Positions 13,847 through 28,000 of a DNA stretch of 64,000 bases are shown here, in pieces. The notes below the pieces were generated by a model. It was not told where the DNA came from. It made no database searches and saw only the letters and a list, made by a program, of their open reading frames with translations. This stretch comes from Eutreptiella sp. 'Long Island Sound 2002' (lineage: Eukaryota > Protista > Euglenida), in the NCBI GenBank assembly GCA_964036045.1, contig OZ038378.1:128464001-128528000 (forward strand), read 5' to 3'. The position numbers were made by a program, and so were the translations under genes. How positions within the stretch are numbered: position 1 is the stretch's first letter; each line of letters opens with the position of its first letter.

Positions 13847-16754
13847 GCGTGGACTCTCCAGTCCACGTGCGGCATTGATGAGAGGTCAGAAAGGAGGTTT
13901 CGAAGGGCCAAAACATCTTAGGACCAGGGAGAGAAAAAACCGGCGCAAGCGTCCCGATGGGCAATGTGCCATGAGGCGTAAGAAGTCCCCTGCCAGACGG
14001 CGAACGCTTGCAGCCACGTCGATACGTCTGTAACATAGGTACAGACACAGTAGCGGTCGGCAGCTTGTGCACTAAACGGACCACCCGTAGGGATGGCCCC
14101 GGTGCGCCTTGAAGTTTCCCTTGCTGCCAGGACGAAATTATCATGGGTTGACGAAAATTCAACAATTGTAATCAACTCCTCCATTGTAATAAAGCGAAAA
14201 GTGGACTTCTTCGCGCACCCTGCCTTGTCTAAATGGCGATCGTCCTTGCGTATGCTCCAGCCCAGGGTAGTGGCTCGCCATCGGCAACGGCTTTTCAGCC
14301 AAGCGGCGTCGTCCCGCATGTGGCTTATAACCGTGATGGGGGGTGCGTGGGTGAGATGTTCTTTGCAATGTTATTTGCCGATACAGCGGGGGGTGGGGCT
14401 CGAGTCAAGCTTCCTGATCCATTGACCCATATCCTTAAGGTTGGTTACTAAAAGGGCTCCTGGTAACTCGCCAATGAGGGTGCGCCAAAAAAAAGGTATA
14501 GGCGCGCGTAGCGATGCAGAGATAAGAGCGGCAGACAAGAGGGGAGGAGGCCGCGGCGATTGGCTGCCAAAGGTTTTCAATTGTGATGCATGATTTGGCT
14601 CTGTCAATTGAATAAAGAAGGGCTAGCCGTGCTATGGGATTGCAGGGCCATCCATGTTGGTGGACGCCCAACCATGGGTGTCAAAAAATGGTGACACTGT
14701 TGGCCTTGGCCCTCGTCTAGCCCTAGTCACGGATAAAGGTGTGAAGGGCATCCGAGGCCCAAGCAGGGCAAAATCCCCATAGTTAACCCACGCCTTTGTC
14801 AACAACCCTGACGACCGCATGGGTGGATGTGCTACGTGCAATCCTCTGCACCCGCCGTCGTAGTGAACCATCCTCCGGAAACAAAAAAACAGGCAGGGTC
14901 ACATTGAACAACTATTATGTTAGGGAAAAGCATTCAAGGCTCGCGCAAGTGCCGCCAAGCTGTCGATGGTTGCATTACACGAGCCAACCCCAACGCAGGT
15001 TAACGGGTCGGTGCCGCGTAAGGGGGTGTCATTGTGCAGTCCGCAAACAGGCAGGAGGAAGAAATGGCCATCCTCATGATGCACAGTACCCGCCTATTCC
15101 CAGTGATGTAAAATTGTCGCCGTGCAAGAACACATGGGACGTCTTTGCAGGGAACATGCTTTATTGGCATCTAGCTCCAAAGCACGCCGTACATTGAGGC
15201 ATTGAGGGAAACCGCACGGACGATAACGATACGGGGCCGTATTGCCTGTTTTTGTCAGCCCGGGCTTGTCACAGCATGAACAAGCTTATTGATGGTACCG
15301 GTGGTAAAGGGGGTTTGTGTACCGGTTAAATACGGAACTCGTGCTGCAGTGGTGCGCACTTGGGGGACCTAGATTTGACACGCCGGGGCCGTAACTCTCT
15401 AGATACCCGATTGCAGCGGGCAAAATCACGGCCCTGGGTGGCCAATTGCAACGGGCGTGTGGATGTGTGCATGGGTTTGTTGTGTTGTGTTGTGGGGGTG
15501 GCGGTGCGGTGGGCACATGTGTGGGTACCTTTGGTGCACAGTCATTATTCGCCCAGCATTCGGCACGGAACCACCAATCACGTTCAAGTAAGCACACTCA
15601 AGTGGCATCCTCTGTGGGTTGCAAAGCTACTGGGGTCCATTCATGCAGACAGTAATGCGCAACAGGTCATTGAAAGAGGAATCCTCCGTGCAAGCCGTAG
15701 CCGTGATGCCATGCTCGCGTAGCCTTGGCAGGAGGGGGGGGGGTATTTTCCCCCACATTTATGCACATCATGTAGACATGTACCATGGCATAAATTGCGG
15801 TGCCTAGAGGAAGGCCGGAAAGGAACCATTCATGTTGGTGAGACGTCCCTCGGAGTAACTGTAGTAACGGGTGTGCTGTATAGCGTAAAAAAGGCAATCA
15901 TGATTCCAACAATTGCACCAAGCCGCTAAGTTTGTCGCCTCCAGTGATGCTCGTAGACCTTGTCTGTAGAGGCGCAGTAAGCGGGCCGCCTGAGGTGACA
16001 CTTCCCACGTAAAAGATGGCCCTGAACGGTGGGAATTGGAAGAAACATTTCGACAGAGTGTCCAGCGCGTCCAAGCAGGACACAATTCCCATCTGCAACC
16101 CTAAAATTATGCGGATGCTAGTCACTTCATATTTTCACGTGGGGGCTGCGGACGATCGGGAGAGTGCAGGGACCATGTGTAATAGTCTTGAGGGGCGACG
16201 AAACCTGGTGTGTCTGATCTCACGGTGAGGTAGTGTGTAAGGCCAACTGGAAGTTGTCATACAGCCAACCATATTGGTTGTGTTAGTTGGTGGGTAGTAC
16301 TACATAGTGGCGGCACATATGTCCACACATTGACTGCGCGGAGGATGCACACGATAATGGGTGCGAGGAATGTGGGGGGGCATCGAAAAGCAAAGGACTA
16401 ACGCGGAGTTCTTTCGAAAACGGCCAATCCTCAGCTGGGCAGAATTAAGGCCAAATTCTATGTGCATGACAGAAGTGGGCTTGTGCGGGAGGGCATGCGC
16501 AGGGGTGGGGGGGGGGGGGGGTGGAAAAATTTTGTGCCTCGAAAGAATTTTCGCGGCGGGTTGGGGTCCCGGGCCTTGCATGCGAAAAAAAACCGTTGCA
16601 TGATTTTCACAGCATATGCAATTATTTGGCAAGGTGTAGGAGGCCAAATTTCGTGCGGCAAATTAGTGAATGTGGCGGCATTGCATTGCTCACAATAAAC
16701 GAGTTGACCTCGTTTTCGTGTAGTTGTGGGTATTGTACGCAACACAGACTATCA

Positions 16755-17090
16755 ACCACACAGCAGCAGCAATAGCGAAAGCAATAGGGACAGCGGCAGC
16801 GACAACGCTAGGAGCAGCAACAGCAGCGACAACGGTAGTACGAGTGGCAACAACAGCAACAATAGCATTAGCAGCGGCAGCAACAATTAATAACCAAATA
16901 GCAATGAAAAAGAAAGGTCCAGCCAAAAGAGTAAGACGCGAGCAACAAGCGGGAGCAATAGCAATAGCAGCAGCGGCCGCGACAACAAGCCAGCCAACAA
17001 GAAACCGGCGGGGAAGAACGGCAACAAACGAGCAGCAACATGGAAAGGTGAGAAGGCCAAGAAGCGGTAGACAAAAAGAAGCAGCCGCAC
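16755..17090. repeat. Low-complexity (GCA/ACA/ATA)-rich triplet tract
   Basis: Repeated agcagc/agcaac/aatagc motifs. The Ala/Thr-rich ORF is a by-product. Confidence 0.7.
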
Positions 17091-20000
17091 AACCCGAAAC
17101 GCAAAACGCCTCGAAACGATTACCTCTGTGGATCGGGCACCCCTTGATGTAGGGGTAGGCACTCCACCCTTGCGCCTACCCTAAACCGAAACGCGAAAAG
17201 TCTCAAAACGATTACATCTTGGGAAGGGCCACTCCACGAGGTAAGAGCGAAGGGGGAAGGGGGCAGGCTTGCCACCAAGGACAGGGGGAAGACAACAAGA
17301 TTGAGTGGGACATATGGTGTATGGATGGTGGATCAGAGGGAAGGGCGCAGGGCAGGGGGATCGGCAGCGGGCCGGGGGGTTGGGTACCCGGCGCTCCATG
17401 AGTCGGCCCTAGGGTCGGGGGCCTGTAATTGGCCACGCTTGGGGCGCCTCCACAGAATATCACTGAAGTTTTGTCGAGGTGGTGAAGAAGAAAAGTTGGC
17501 AAGGTCACCTCTTTGCGGCCTAGAAAGTTGGCAAATTACTTATCGAGCTTGGAAAAACAAATTTTCAATGATGAACCACACATCCACCTTGAAACGGCTT
17601 TGTTTAAAGGAAATTTGAGGTAAATGTGTAAGGAAAAATTTTCACAGGGGGTTGGGGTTCCGGGCCTTCCCTGCGCAAATAGCGATGTAGCCTGGTATCA
17701 GGAATTTTTTCAACCCCCCCCCCTTGGGCAAGCAGTCTGTAGAGGTGCTCACCGAACCTCAGTGCTAGCGAAGCCAACTCCAAAATATATGTTGCAACGG
17801 CTAATTTCTTCCTTAAGGCAGTGAGCACCCGTGTTGGAGCTAATAAGGCATCATCATCCGAGTCATCCATAGAATCAGCGGCATTAGGATGGTCAACATG
17901 CTACCCTCCAGGTTCGTTCAGCAAAAGCTGAGAAACGGGATCACGGGACAGGAGGGCACAATTTTCAATGTCCTAGCACGAGAATCAGCTGCAGCGGGTC
18001 GTGGTGCTGCACCCACAGTAGACATGTGTCGGGACCATTGCAGTTGCCATTCGGCGCGTACTAGTTTACGCCTATCAAGTTCATTTGCCATTTTGTATTA
18101 GCGATTCTGTATCTCCTGCTTCCCTGCGTTGTACTGTCCGCCCTCCTCACTTGCCTATTCGTGTATATCCTCATGTCGCTTCCACCTCCCGCGAACCTCA
18201 CCGTCTCGGAAGGCCCGTTCATTTGTGGGATATCTCACAAGGCTGGACATCGCACTTTTTCTTGCCCTGAGCGAAGTGATGCTGCATCCTATGCTACCGC
18301 CTTTGTTGGTCCTAGTGGTGAATTGGAACCCTGTTGGAGCTGCAGTGAGAAGCACTACACCAACATATGTTGGGTGCGTCTCGGATCTTGTACAACATGG
18401 TGTCTGCACTCTGTGTGGATCAACAGATCACTAGTGCAAACAAGCAATATCCAACGGCCGCGGTGTCCCTGCTATGGGAAACACCCGTTGTGGGAAACAG
18501 ATGCCTGCGCACGACTCCGGCTGTTAAGCAAAGAATGTTGTCTCAACGCAAATGCAAGAAGAGAAAACATCTTCAATAACATATCTTAGGCGCCTTGCAC
18601 TGTAGCGAAAGAGACAAGAGTAAATTCAGTCCGCTCCGCTACACCTATGGTCCTACCACTATGATTCCGTTGGTGCAAGGCAGCATATTATACCACACAG
18701 CACTTGGCATGACTTCAATATGTCACAACGTATCAGCACGAGCCCCCGCCCCCGATAGGCCAGACCCTATTGCCCCTAGCAGGTGGTGGGCGTTCTCTCA
18801 TCCCGCATCCCATGTCAATTGCATAACGAAACTTGCATGGAAACTTCAGTGACTTGTGATCAAAACGAGCGGCTTGGAATTGCGTCCAAGCGACCCAACT
18901 CAGAAGCCCGGGGGGGGGACCTTTGGAACGTCTGCAAATTTGTTTCAAGTACTATGTACTGCCTAACGTCCGATTTTTAATTCTTAACAAAAATGTCTCT
19001 AAAATGGTGAACGCACCAAAAGGGCAACACAAATCGCATGCAAGGTGTACTCCAGTGGACTATCTGGACCATGCGCTGCCACTATCAAAGATCTAGTCTC
19101 TGTACAACGTGAGGTTCGATTTTTTTGTCCCAAAAAAATATCTCTACGACAGTCAACACAACAAAACACCAACACAAATCACATGCAACTCAATGTTAAT
19201 GATCGGTGTGAAGGCAATCATTCTCATTGTCCCTAGTTCTCATTAGACTCAAAGATCTCACAGGAGGACGAACTAGAGCAGGATGAGGCCCAGCTAGCAC
19301 TGGGTACAAAAGTAGCTCTTGCCTCTTCTGAAGTTTTAGCCTTCTCCTCGGTGCCCTTCTTACCCTTCTTTTTCTTTCGGTTGTTGTTTTGTGAGGCAGC
19401 ACGGCAACTTTTATCACAGCATCCACCAAGTGCAAACATCATGGAGGCTCAGTGGGCATACGTTGGATAGCTTTGTCTAGCTCATCTTGAACAAATACAA
19501 GTGCTGGAGCGCGCAGTGGAGCATCAGCAAGTTTCAATTGGGCTCCCCAACCATGCGTTGGCCCTAGCGTATTTGAGGGTGGTGGGGAGGGTGTGTGGGG
19601 ACAAGGCCATAGCCACCTTGGCTACCATATGGGCTAAAAACCTATAGGTATTCTGGGGTTTCGTTGTGCATGAATTGTTGGTTCACATTTCGACATTAAT
19701 ATTGATGTCGAGGGAATACTTCAAGATGATCTTAATCTTGATAGTTTTACACAAACATTCATGCAGTGTTGTTTCATAGGTATTGCAGTCATCATTGTGA
19801 GCAAACAAAGTCGGCCGACAATTACCTCGTTATTGGTGGTCATAAGCCCGTCGTCCGCATCCTCACATCGTTTATGCGTCTCCCATGGTGGGCTCTATAT
19901 GCAACAGGGATGTGTGTGACACGGTGCTTCTCACGTGGCTGTAGGTTGAGGACCGGCGGACACTGGCCGGTGTGAGGTTGCTGGGGCCATTGGCATGGCC

Positions 20001-23000
20001 ATGGGCATGGCAATGTCGGGGGGCGCTACAAGAGTGGGAACATGGCGGGCTTTGTTGAGATAATTTGGTCGGCAAGAAGGGTTTCCGGGGGCAAGAATGA
20101 ACCAATATGCCACAGGCGGGGTTCATGGGGGGGGTGGGGTGCGACGAGCTACAATGAGGTTTGTGAAATGGATGTGAACGATGCCATAGGCAAATCAAAT
20201 CCCATCAACGCGGCATAGCTACGTGTTCTTCGCCATGCCTAAGTTTAAAGTTCCGTTGCACTCAAAAGTGCATTCAAAATTTCCAATTGGTTTGGAATCA
20301 TTTCTCGTTCTGGGACGTCACGTGCCAATTGGAAGATCAAGTGGAGTGCCCTTTCATGTCACTCCGCAATTTTAATGACGTACAACCTTTCAATGATCAT
20401 CCTCAAGATTACAAAAATGCTTGTCGGTTTCTAAAGGTATCAACAAAATAGAAATAGTGTGTCTTCCTTCATCGAGCGTCCGGTCTTTATGAGCATTGTG
20501 CCAGGGCAAATATTTGACCACCACGGAGAACATTTGATGTGCGTTTCAAATATCTAGCACGTCCGATAACCACCGTTGATTACACCACATGAAATCTGCT
20601 TTTTCCAAACCTTCGCTAATCCGTTTACTTAATTGAACGTTAATGGCATGAATGGGTTCATTTGGTTTTCCAAGCGAAACACTAAAACTCCATGTCACTC
20701 AAGACATGGCCGTTGGTGATGCCTAAATAGCATCTCCATCATCGATCCGTTAGCTGTTGTTGCCCTAATATTTGCAAGCAAAGGGGATGTTCGCTTGTCT
20801 TTTGTAGCAAACAGGAGCGCACCAATGCCACAGCACCAAAAAAATAAACCCATTGGCCTAGGATGCCGAGTACCTAGTTGGCTTGCATGACACGTGCCAT
20901 TGAATGCAAACAAGACAACAAATCAAATCACGCAAAAACTTACCAAGAGACCAAGCACATGATGAGTGACAGCAGACTTCTATTCAAGACACCACCTTGC
21001 ACACATCTCCCCATGCATAACATTGCCTCAAGATTGAAGGATCCACTGAACAATGTGCCTTTTCTAGGACCAATACTCTCGGTAACCCAACATGCAACAA
21101 AGGTGCAAGGAGGCCCTCATACCACACTTGCAACCGCTAGCCACATGTTTGAAAGAAAAGGCACAAGAACAGGGCCCCACAGAAGATATAGCAAGGGCAC
21201 ACACTGGAGCAATTTCCATTGCCAACTCGCCATTCAACATTATTAGGTGTCATGGCTTGCTTAGCACACAATCATCACGTGGTGAACAAGGTAGCATCGG
21301 GCACCACATGAAGATGGGTTCTTTGGGAATTGTAGCATGCATGGAGCGCATCTTCCACAATGACAATGGGGAAACAAGAATGAACAAGCAAAACCCTTTG
21401 CCCGGATTTTTGATAATCGCGCCCCCGCACGTGCAAAGAGCACCCCGTCATGGTGCTAATTTGTCTTCGAGGAGTGTTTTTGGTGCTCCAAAGGCTCGCT
21501 AGTACTTTCTTCAATTATCACAAGAGTCTCTTTTGCACACTAGATGGTGTTCATGATGCGCAAAGGTACATGAAACTTCAAAAAAAGGCGCCACAAGAAG
21601 ATTTTGTAGTTGTTTGTAGCACTTTTCGATGTCTCAAAAGGGTTCAGGAAGCTTCCTAATGGATGAGGTCACAAAGATACCACTCCATACCCCAATGTGT
21701 GTTGTTATCATCTAGGTTAGCTTCAATGCAAATTCGTGACACACCGCCACTCCTGTATACCTAGGATCTCGTATAAAGCAATGTAATCATATACGTTTCG
21801 GAGGACCGAAATAGCCGTGACTTGTTCGTGTTAGCGCGCATCGCTTGTCCCGTGTACAATACATTTTGCGCCGTTGGATCCGTTTGTTCCAATTCGGTCA
21901 ATGTATGTGGTGATTCTTCTAATTTCTTTTTGCGGTGATTGTGTATAACAGAAAATTTGTCATGCCGTGTAATTTTTTTTGCGGTCACTCGTGTAAACAT
22001 GTTCATGACACCATGTGAAACTATGTTATGTGGGCCCCATACCACTGCCGTGGTGGCCTATACTAGTTGCACTAGCGTTGGCCACGGCCCTGTACAGGCT
22101 CTTTTTCTTGAGCTTGATTTTGTCCCTAGTGGTGGCGCACTAGATGTCGCCTATGACTTTGTTAGGGCTCTATTCTTGTGCCTCATTTTGTGTCCAGTGC
22201 CCATGACACCATGCGAAACTCAGTTATATTGGCCGTGTCCGAACTAATTGGTGGCCACACAGAGTACGTGGTGCATGCTGCACTCGGTGTCCCATCGCTA
22301 AGGTCGCTGTGGGGTGCCGTACGCAACCGGCAGCTGTACATATTGCTCATGTATTCCAAAAGTTGTAATTCTTTCAATTTTTCAATTTTTCTTATAATTA
22401 CATCACTTGACAGTTTTTTGTCCATGAGTTACATTTTTTATATCTGGTTACACAGTGGAATGAGAACGGAATGAGAGGGGCAGGCGACTTACATTTGCTG
22501 TGTTGTGGCGTGTTCTTTGATGTTTATCACATGAATGTCGGCTATAGGTTTCATACAACGATACACTACACCTTTTTTGGCATTTGTTGACGGCCGTAAG
22601 GGCGTGAACCCCAACGTCCGCGCTAGTTATCCTTTGCAGGGCCCATAGGTAACACCATCGTTGAGTTGTAAGTTCAAAAACCGTCTGTTTTAGCTTTCGG
22701 CTATCGTTCACCGCAGCTATGGTAAAAATTTAATCACCCGTACAAATTTCTTGGGTACCTGTATTTACAAATATAGCTCTATTTAGGCCTCACAAGAGGA
22801 CCGAAGTCCATTGAAGGCTTGTCAACTTTAGGTTGATTGTTGTGGTGTGCAAGGTCTGTTTGTGCCGTTTCTGTTGGATTTTCGGGATTGTGGCATGCAC
22901 ACATACATGGTTCGTGGCAGGCAATCAAAATGGGACAAGTGTCCTTCCCTTCTTGGTAGTCTGAGTTTCTACAAGTCGAAACATCATGGCAAGCACACTC

Positions 23001-23337
23001 ATGTGATCCCAAGAGACACAGTTGACGGAGTTGTATATTCTTGGTTGGTGCCGCTTCTCAAGTACTCCATTTTGTGTCTCAAACGACTATGAGGTCAAGG
23101 GCCACCAAAAAGCTATTTGCGAAGATAAAAGCAAACCGGTTGCCTATTGCACCATCCGTTTTCCCGTGTTTGGCCGTTTTGGGAAAAACAAGGCTATGTT
23201 GGGGCTCAAACCACAAAAATTTGACGGTGTGTCTCTAACTTGGCACTCCTTGGGTTGCAACCGGTGAATTTCGGCACTCAATCTCTAAATTTCGGAAGAA
23301 CACGTGTCATTGCCAAAATTATCTCTATGTTTGCCTT

Positions 23338-23339
<2 letters not shown>

Positions 23340-23369
<30 letters not shown>

Positions 23370-23611
23370 TGTATGTATGTATGTATGTATGTATGTATGT
23401 ATGTATGTATGTATGTATGTATGTATGTATGTATGTATGTATGTATGTATGTATGTATGTATGTATGTATGTATGTATGTATGTATGTATGTATGTATGT
23501 ATGTATGTATGTATGTATGTATGTATGTATTTATGTATGTATGTATGTATGTACGTATGTACGTATGTATGCATGTATGTATGTATGTATGTATGTATGT
23601 ATGTATGTATG

Positions 23612-23640
<29 letters not shown>
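23340..23640. repeat. (ATGT)n microsatellite, ~75 units
   Basis: Direct reading. Confidence 0.98.
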
Positions 23641-23642
<2 letters not shown>

Positions 23643-24339
23643 TTATGGCATATGTAAGGCAGTGCATGTACCGAGGTGGTTGTTGTTGTTGTTGTTGTTG
23701 TGAAGGCACCCAGCACGTGCCGGCGGGAGAAATTGCCAGACACGCTCTCCCTGGGCAGGGCGCAAGGGAGCAGTCGGCCGGCGTCACGCTGGCCGGGCGT
23801 GTGCCGACAACGACCGAGGGGGGGGGGGGGGGGGGCGCCGTGGAGTGCAGGTGGGGGGGGGGCGCGCGTGGAGGAGGGTGGGGCCACCTGTGGAAGTCAC
23901 CCTGGAGCCCTCCCCCGTCTCGCGGGGGGAGAGTTACTCGTCCTGTGCGAAGCGGCTGTTGTGGGGGTGGAGGGCGGGGCGGTGACCTTGGGGTGGGGAA
24001 GGCAAGCCCGGGTCCACGGACATTCCGCGCCTTGCCCGAACATCCCGCCGAGGTGGCCGTTCCTCGTGTGCGGCCGTGGCGTGGCCGGGGGCGCTGGCCC
24101 GTGCTTCTAGCCTTCTACGGGGGTGAGGGGAGGCCTGGGAGTTGCTGTCTGCCGGCGCCCAGTCACCTTTGCTGGAGCTGTGGTGTGGCTGCCTCGTCCC
24201 CGGTAGTGCGGGCGCGCGCGCGCGTCGGTCATGGGGGAGGGAGGGCACAAGGGCGGGAGCACAAGAGCACGAACATGGGTTTACAGTTGCTGGCGTGTCG
24301 TATTCGGTTCAGGTGTTGTCCCCTAGTGCCTGTCCCTGT

Positions 24340-25030
24340 GTCCTGCTTACGGGAGGCCGCGCGGCACAGCCGGCGGGGGGTCGAGGCCCGGGCCGGGCGC
24401 ATGGGTAGCGGCGGGCGGCCGGGTCGGACGCAGCGCCATGCGGGTGCGGGGCCCGTGGCGGTCGCGGGGGGGTGCGGGCGGTCCAGCCGGCGGTCGGCAG
24501 TGGCCCTCAGCGCCCCACACAGTAGGGTCGGTGGGCGTGTCGGGGGAGGGCGCGTCCTGCAGGCCAAGCTGCGGAGGGCGCGTGCGCAAGGACGTCGGCG
24601 TGCCCGGTGCGGGCCCCTCTGCGGGCCGAGGGACCTGCAGTGAGCAGGTTGCGTTGCCTGGGGGCTGAGGCCGGGGCCGGGCGCATGGGTAGCGGCGGGC
24701 GGCCGAGCGGGTGCGGGGCCCGTGGCGGTCGCTGGGAGGCGCGGGCGGCCCAGCCGGCGGTCGGCAGAGGCCCCAAGAGCCCCACACTGTGGGGTCGGAC
24801 GGCGTGCCGGAGGAGAGCGCGCCGTGTAGGCCAAGCTGTGGGGGGCGCACGCGCAAGGGTGTCAGCGTGCCTGTCGGGGGCCCCCTGCGGGCCGTTGGAC
24901 CTGCGGCTGGCAGGAAGCGCTGCTCGGGGGCTGAGGCCGGGGCCGGGCGCTTGGGTAGCGGCGTCCACGGGCACGAGCGCCCGAGGCGAGCGCGGGGCGG
25001 TGCGTGCGGGCCCGCCGGTGGCCGGTGGCC
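24340..25030 (-). repeat. Three diverged ~265-285-bp GC-rich tandem units in the LINE 3' UTR
   Basis: gaggcc.gggccgggcgc.tgggtagcggcg at ~24383, ~24667 and ~24933. Confidence 0.8.
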
Positions 25031-28000
25031 TCACTGAGAGTCCCACACGGAGGGGTCGACGGGCGTGCCGGGGGCGTACGCAACGTGCAGGTCGGGCAGC
25101 AGCGGGCGCACGTGCAGGGCATCGGCGTGCCCGATGAGGACCTCACTGAGGACCGAGGGGTTGGCGGCAAGCAGTATGCGTTGCCCGGGGGGGGTGGCGG
25201 CGAGGAGTGGGAGTATGTCCGCGGCCCGCGACGTGGGGGTGAACACGACGTGGGCCTGGTGCGGCCCCGGGAATGGCGCCGGGGGGAGCGGGACCACAGG
25301 CCGGCGGTCTACTGTGAGGCGCCAAGTGGCGCAATGGCGGAGGAGCCAGACTAGGGCGATGCTGTGACGCAGTGTGTGGGGCTGCCTGCAGGGCGGCGTG
25401 GGGACGTGCGGCGGGAGGGGGGGGGGCGGGGCGGTGACGTGGGAGGGGGCACGGCGGAGGAGTGACGCTACCGACGTGTGCGTCGTGCTGAGGGTGGAGA
25501 GGAGCTCGCGGAGGAGTTCCTCCCGGCCGGCGCTGTCCAGCAGAGGGGGGGCGCCGTGGGGGGAGGTGGAATGCCACATGCCAAGCAGACTGAACCCCAA
25601 CTGCGTCGGGGGGCCGGGTCGCGGGCCGGCTGGGAGGTGCTCGGAGTGGTACACTGCGGTGGTGGCTGTGCGGAGCTCTAAAGGGGTGACGAGGCGGGGG
25701 GAGTGGCCGGCAGTGGCTGCCAGGATGGGCGGGTGCGTGAACAGGCGCCACGCGAGGAGTAACTGCAGGGCGTAGTGGGGGGGGGCAGTGGTACTGGAGG
25801 TGGGCGGCGGAGTCCGGGTAGGGGCGGTGACAGAAGGGGCACGTCACGCCTCCGTAGCCGGGGTGGTGGTCATGGGAGTGCAGTAGCCGCAGGTGCATGA
25901 TGCGGTGGAGGGCCAGCGCCGGGATCTCGGCGCGTTCATACGCGATGCGGAGTAGGTGGGAGGACCAGCCTGGGGGCAGGGGCCGGAGGTGCAGCGCGTG
26001 GGTGCGGGCGGTGGTGGCCGCATACGCTGCCTTTGCGGCGCGCGCGGGGCTAAGGAAGATTGCGCCCTCATGGAGCGCCACGATGCGGCCGTGGAAGAGT
26101 GCGGACCAGGGGAGGGTCCACGGGGAGGCGGCGCGGAGCCCGCGGCGGGCTAGGCTGTCGGCTTCGGCGTTGAGGGTGGCGAGGTGGCTGGCGGAGCCGG
26201 AGTCGTGTTGCGCAGGGAGCCAGGCCTCGTGCATGCGGAAGGAGGCGGAGAGGAGGGCCGCCCGGTACGGGATGGAGAGGGCGGAGGAGGGGGGCGGGCC
26301 GCGGGTGAGGTCGCAGAGTTGGGAGGCGGTGGAGTCTGAGGCGAAGAGGGCTTCGCCGGACCAGCCGCGGAGGGCGAACATGGCGGCTATTTTGCCGATC
26401 CACTCTGCGTCGGTGGAGTGGCCGGCGAGGGCGTGGAGGCCAAGCCAGCCGCGGTAGAGAGTGCCGTGGTGGGGGTGCCAGAGGAGGAAGCCGGCGCCGA
26501 GGCGGGTGCCCTCTTGGCTGCCGTCGCATGCGGTCACGACATAGGGGAGGGAGCGGAGGGGGGCCAGCGAGCCGCTGTGGTGCTGCGGGGGGGGGCGTGG
26601 GTGGGGGGAGGGGAGGAGGTGGACGGTGACGTCGAGGGGGGCGAGCGCTTGTGCCAGGGCGGGACCTTCGCTGAGCCAGGGGGTGGGGCGGCGTGGGGAG
26701 ATGAGGGACGCCGTGGCGGCTACTGCGAGGGTGTTGGGGCCCCAAGAGGCACGGAGGTAAGTGCGGAGGAGGTTGAGGGGGGCCCGGTACGCTAGGAGGG
26801 GGGCGCTGGGACCGCCCTGCTGGAGGGGGAGGTGGAGGAAGGCCGAGTGCGCCCAGGGGGGCAGACGGAAGGCGTGGCGGTATGCATTGTTGATGGCGGT
26901 CTGATGGGGGCGGAGGGAGGGGGGGGGGACGAGGACGCCCGAGGTGACGTAGTCGAGGGGGGAGAGGCCGAAGGCGTGCAAGGAGCGGAGCTGGAGTATG
27001 GGGCAGGCATCGCGGTTGCGGCTGGCCTTGCGCGCCCGGTCGAGGGACGCGCGGGACTTGTTGATGACGCAGAGGAGGGGGAGCTCGGGGTGGATGGGAA
27101 TGCCGACGACTTCCGGGGGGCGGTGGTGGTGGTGCCGGTGTGCTGCGGGACGTCGGTTGTGACGAGGGTGGGCCGGCCTGGGCGGGAGTCGATGAGGGAG
27201 AACTCCTGCTTGTCGGGGTGTATGATGCGGCCGGCGCGGCGAGAGCACTCGCGGCAGTCAGTGGCCATGGCTGCCACGTCCGTGAGGGAGGGGGTGATGA
27301 AGCGGCGCTTGTCACTGTACGAGAGGTGGGTGGCGGGGAGGGACGCTGAGTGGCCGGGGATGGTGACGGGGAGGGTGATGGAAGTGTTGGGGCGCATGGC
27401 CCTGGTGATGACCAGGCTGGGGGCCTGATAGTGGAGTTGGGCGAACCCGTCGCCTTGGTTGCCCCCCTCCTCGGTACTGAAGGGGTGGGCGAACCCTTCG
27501 CGGGTGGCCACGCGGATGACCAGGCGGCTGTAGAAGCCGTCTGCCCAGGGGCCAAAGTCCCACGTGGCGCGGAGGCGGGAGCAGAGGCGGGAGTTGTCCT
27601 GTCGCAGTACCCTGAGGTACGCGTCAGACTCGTCCTAGTCGCAGATGGCACAGGTGCCGTGGGTGGAGAGGGCTGTGTAGGCGGCGGCGCGGGCCACGAG
27701 GGCGAGGCTGAGGGCGCAGTGGCCTGGGCGGTAGGCGAAGGAGGCGGGGGTGTAGGTGGAGGTGAGCTCGAGATCGGCGGCTAGGTGGGTCGTGGCGATG
27801 CCGGATGCTGCGCCGGAGACGCCCGACTCCACGTGGACGGGGCGGAAGGAGCGTGTGACGTGCCGGGGGAGTGGCTTGGTGGGTTTCCCCTTGTAGAGGC
27901 CGTAGCGGACGGTCTCGTTGGAGACGCCCGGGGTGCCGGATTCGAGCTGGAGGAGGAGGTGCAGCAATCCGAGGTGGACGCCTCCGCCGCTGCGGAAGAG

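Noticed and set aside
15745-15810. FPHIYAHHVDMYHG resembling the Chapaev/Transib H-x4-H motif
   Set aside because: Isolated; no convincing D, D or LH motifs were found upstream in register.
17120-17260. Hammerhead- or HDV-like ribozyme around the GGGTAGGC/GCCTACCC hairpin and tacctcgt loop
   Set aside because: The core reads TTGATGT rather than CTGANGA, and no P1/P2 partners are present for an HDV fold.
20200-22700. Protein-like fragments (KYLPWHNAH..LLIPLE..NCGV; a 40-bp repeat at 22005/22202)
   Set aside because: Too decayed to assign a family or boundaries.
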